A stretch of 64,000 bases of DNA from Nageia nagi. Taxonomy: Eukaryota > Plantae > Pinophyta. The translations under genes were made by a program, and so were the position numbers. This document shows positions 62,800-64,000 of this stretch, piece after piece. Location: the NCBI GenBank assembly GCA_050084985.1, contig JBITNC010000001.1, positions 98,518,001-98,582,000 on the forward strand. The letters are read 5' to 3'. The notes beneath the pieces are model-generated. The model searched no databases. It was given only the letters and a program-made list of their open reading frames with translations, and was not told the origin of the DNA. Numbering within the stretch: the first letter of the stretch is position 1; each line of letters opens with the position of its first letter.

Positions 62800-63985
62800 T
62801 GTGACGTCCCCCTTGCACTTTTAGTGGGACCGGTTTGGTCACATTGTACTATACTTATTTGATGTACTTGCATTTATATTATGTAATTTAGGATAGGAGA
62901 CTTAATGGGTCAAGTGGACCCCACTATGAGCCCCAAGTGGGACGTCTCCCTCTTGAGTAGTAGATTAGGCATGTATTGCATTAGAGATCCCGAATTGTGG
63001 GAGTCTCAAGGTACATTTATACACTAGAGTGATGGACGGCCACCAACATGCTAGCGCCACACTGGGGAGGGTCCCATACCCCCACGTTGGCATTATGAGT
63101 GATCATGACACCCACATTGACACTTTAGATGATTGGGCCCCCCAAATACCCAACGTTGGATTAGATGGGCCTGGGATGACTCCTAGGTGAGATCCGGACA
63201 CAAGTAATGTATAAATAGACATTGGAGCTTCGTTACTGGACAACCATTATTATTATTCATTACTACTACTTCAATCCTTCAAACACAAGTCTTAGCGGTG
63301 CTAAGCATTCCATTCCTAGGCAGAGGTTCTAGAGGGTAGTCAGGCGTTGGGATCCTGATTATCTACGGCATTGGTGGAGCACCTTTGCCCATCCGATGGC
63401 ATTCTGAGGGTTTACTTCTATCGTTCATTCGATTAGCCAGAGTTCGAGGAGGGCTCCTTCAGTGGAGAGGATTCAAGGTCTGACGAGGTGAATCTATCCC
63501 ATGGTTTCGCAATTATTCAATATTGGAGAGATTGGATTGTTGCGCCCTAGTTGGCTCCTTGGAGGCCAACGACTACCCATTGGGCTTGGTATTGTACTTG
63601 TTATTATTGTATATCATTTGTATAGCCAAAGGGAATTTGGATCTCATGCTTTATTGTATTGCTTCATCTTGTGCATGTGTTGGATCTAGATGGTTGTATA
63701 TGCTTGTGTTTATCATTTAGAGGCATCTTAATGTGTTAGGGTTTGGATTATGCATGTATGAGCCAAACGTTGGCATTCTAAGATTGTATTCATTGATGTA
63801 TGCTTACATATGCTAGACGTTGGCATTTTGGGTATCCGAATGTGTAATCTTAATGCTCTAATCCTAGCATTGGCATTTAAGGGTTTATATGATTGCATGT
63901 CAGTGCCCTAGACCTGACGTTACGGCTTGATGATCCTATATTGCTAGTTAAAAAGGAAATTTGAATTTTGGATCATCCCAACACA
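62800..63985 (+). repeat. LTR of the same broad family as 35885-45850 and 49066-50560
   Basis: Starts TGTGACGTCCCC, TATAAATAG at ~63210, contains GCCCTAGTTGGCTCCTTGGAGGCCAAC (reverse complement of the shared motif). Right end and TSD unclear. Confidence 0.7.
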
Positions 63986-64000
63986 CCTAGGCGAAGCCCC

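Overview
AT-rich eukaryotic DNA from a land plant, probably a large-genome lineage such as a gymnosperm (inferred from the TE types and intron size, not verified). The only host gene found is the 3' part of a TET10-like tetraspanin on the minus strand: 7 spliced coding exons at 26155-27586. Its 5' exons were not found, so everything from 27.6 kb to the window end may be one very large intron. The rest is mostly decayed, nested transposons: Ty1/copia, Ty3/gypsy including a CRM-type end, LINEs, hAT elements and solo LTRs. Three things stand out. (1) A young 8.66-kb copia insertion (36267-44923, TSD ACAAC) whose two 510-bp LTR copies are 509/510 identical but INVERTED, with an unrelated 811-bp segment after the PPT. 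(2) Inside that segment, five 43-bp hairpin repeats show compensatory base changes and each carries a consensus 5' splice site. (3) A 6.8-kb TG...CA unit with a near-perfect TSD (11153-17921) looks like a giant solo LTR carrying its own promoter, leader intron and a decayed ORF of about 1,090 codons. All alignments were made by eye and no database searches were run.
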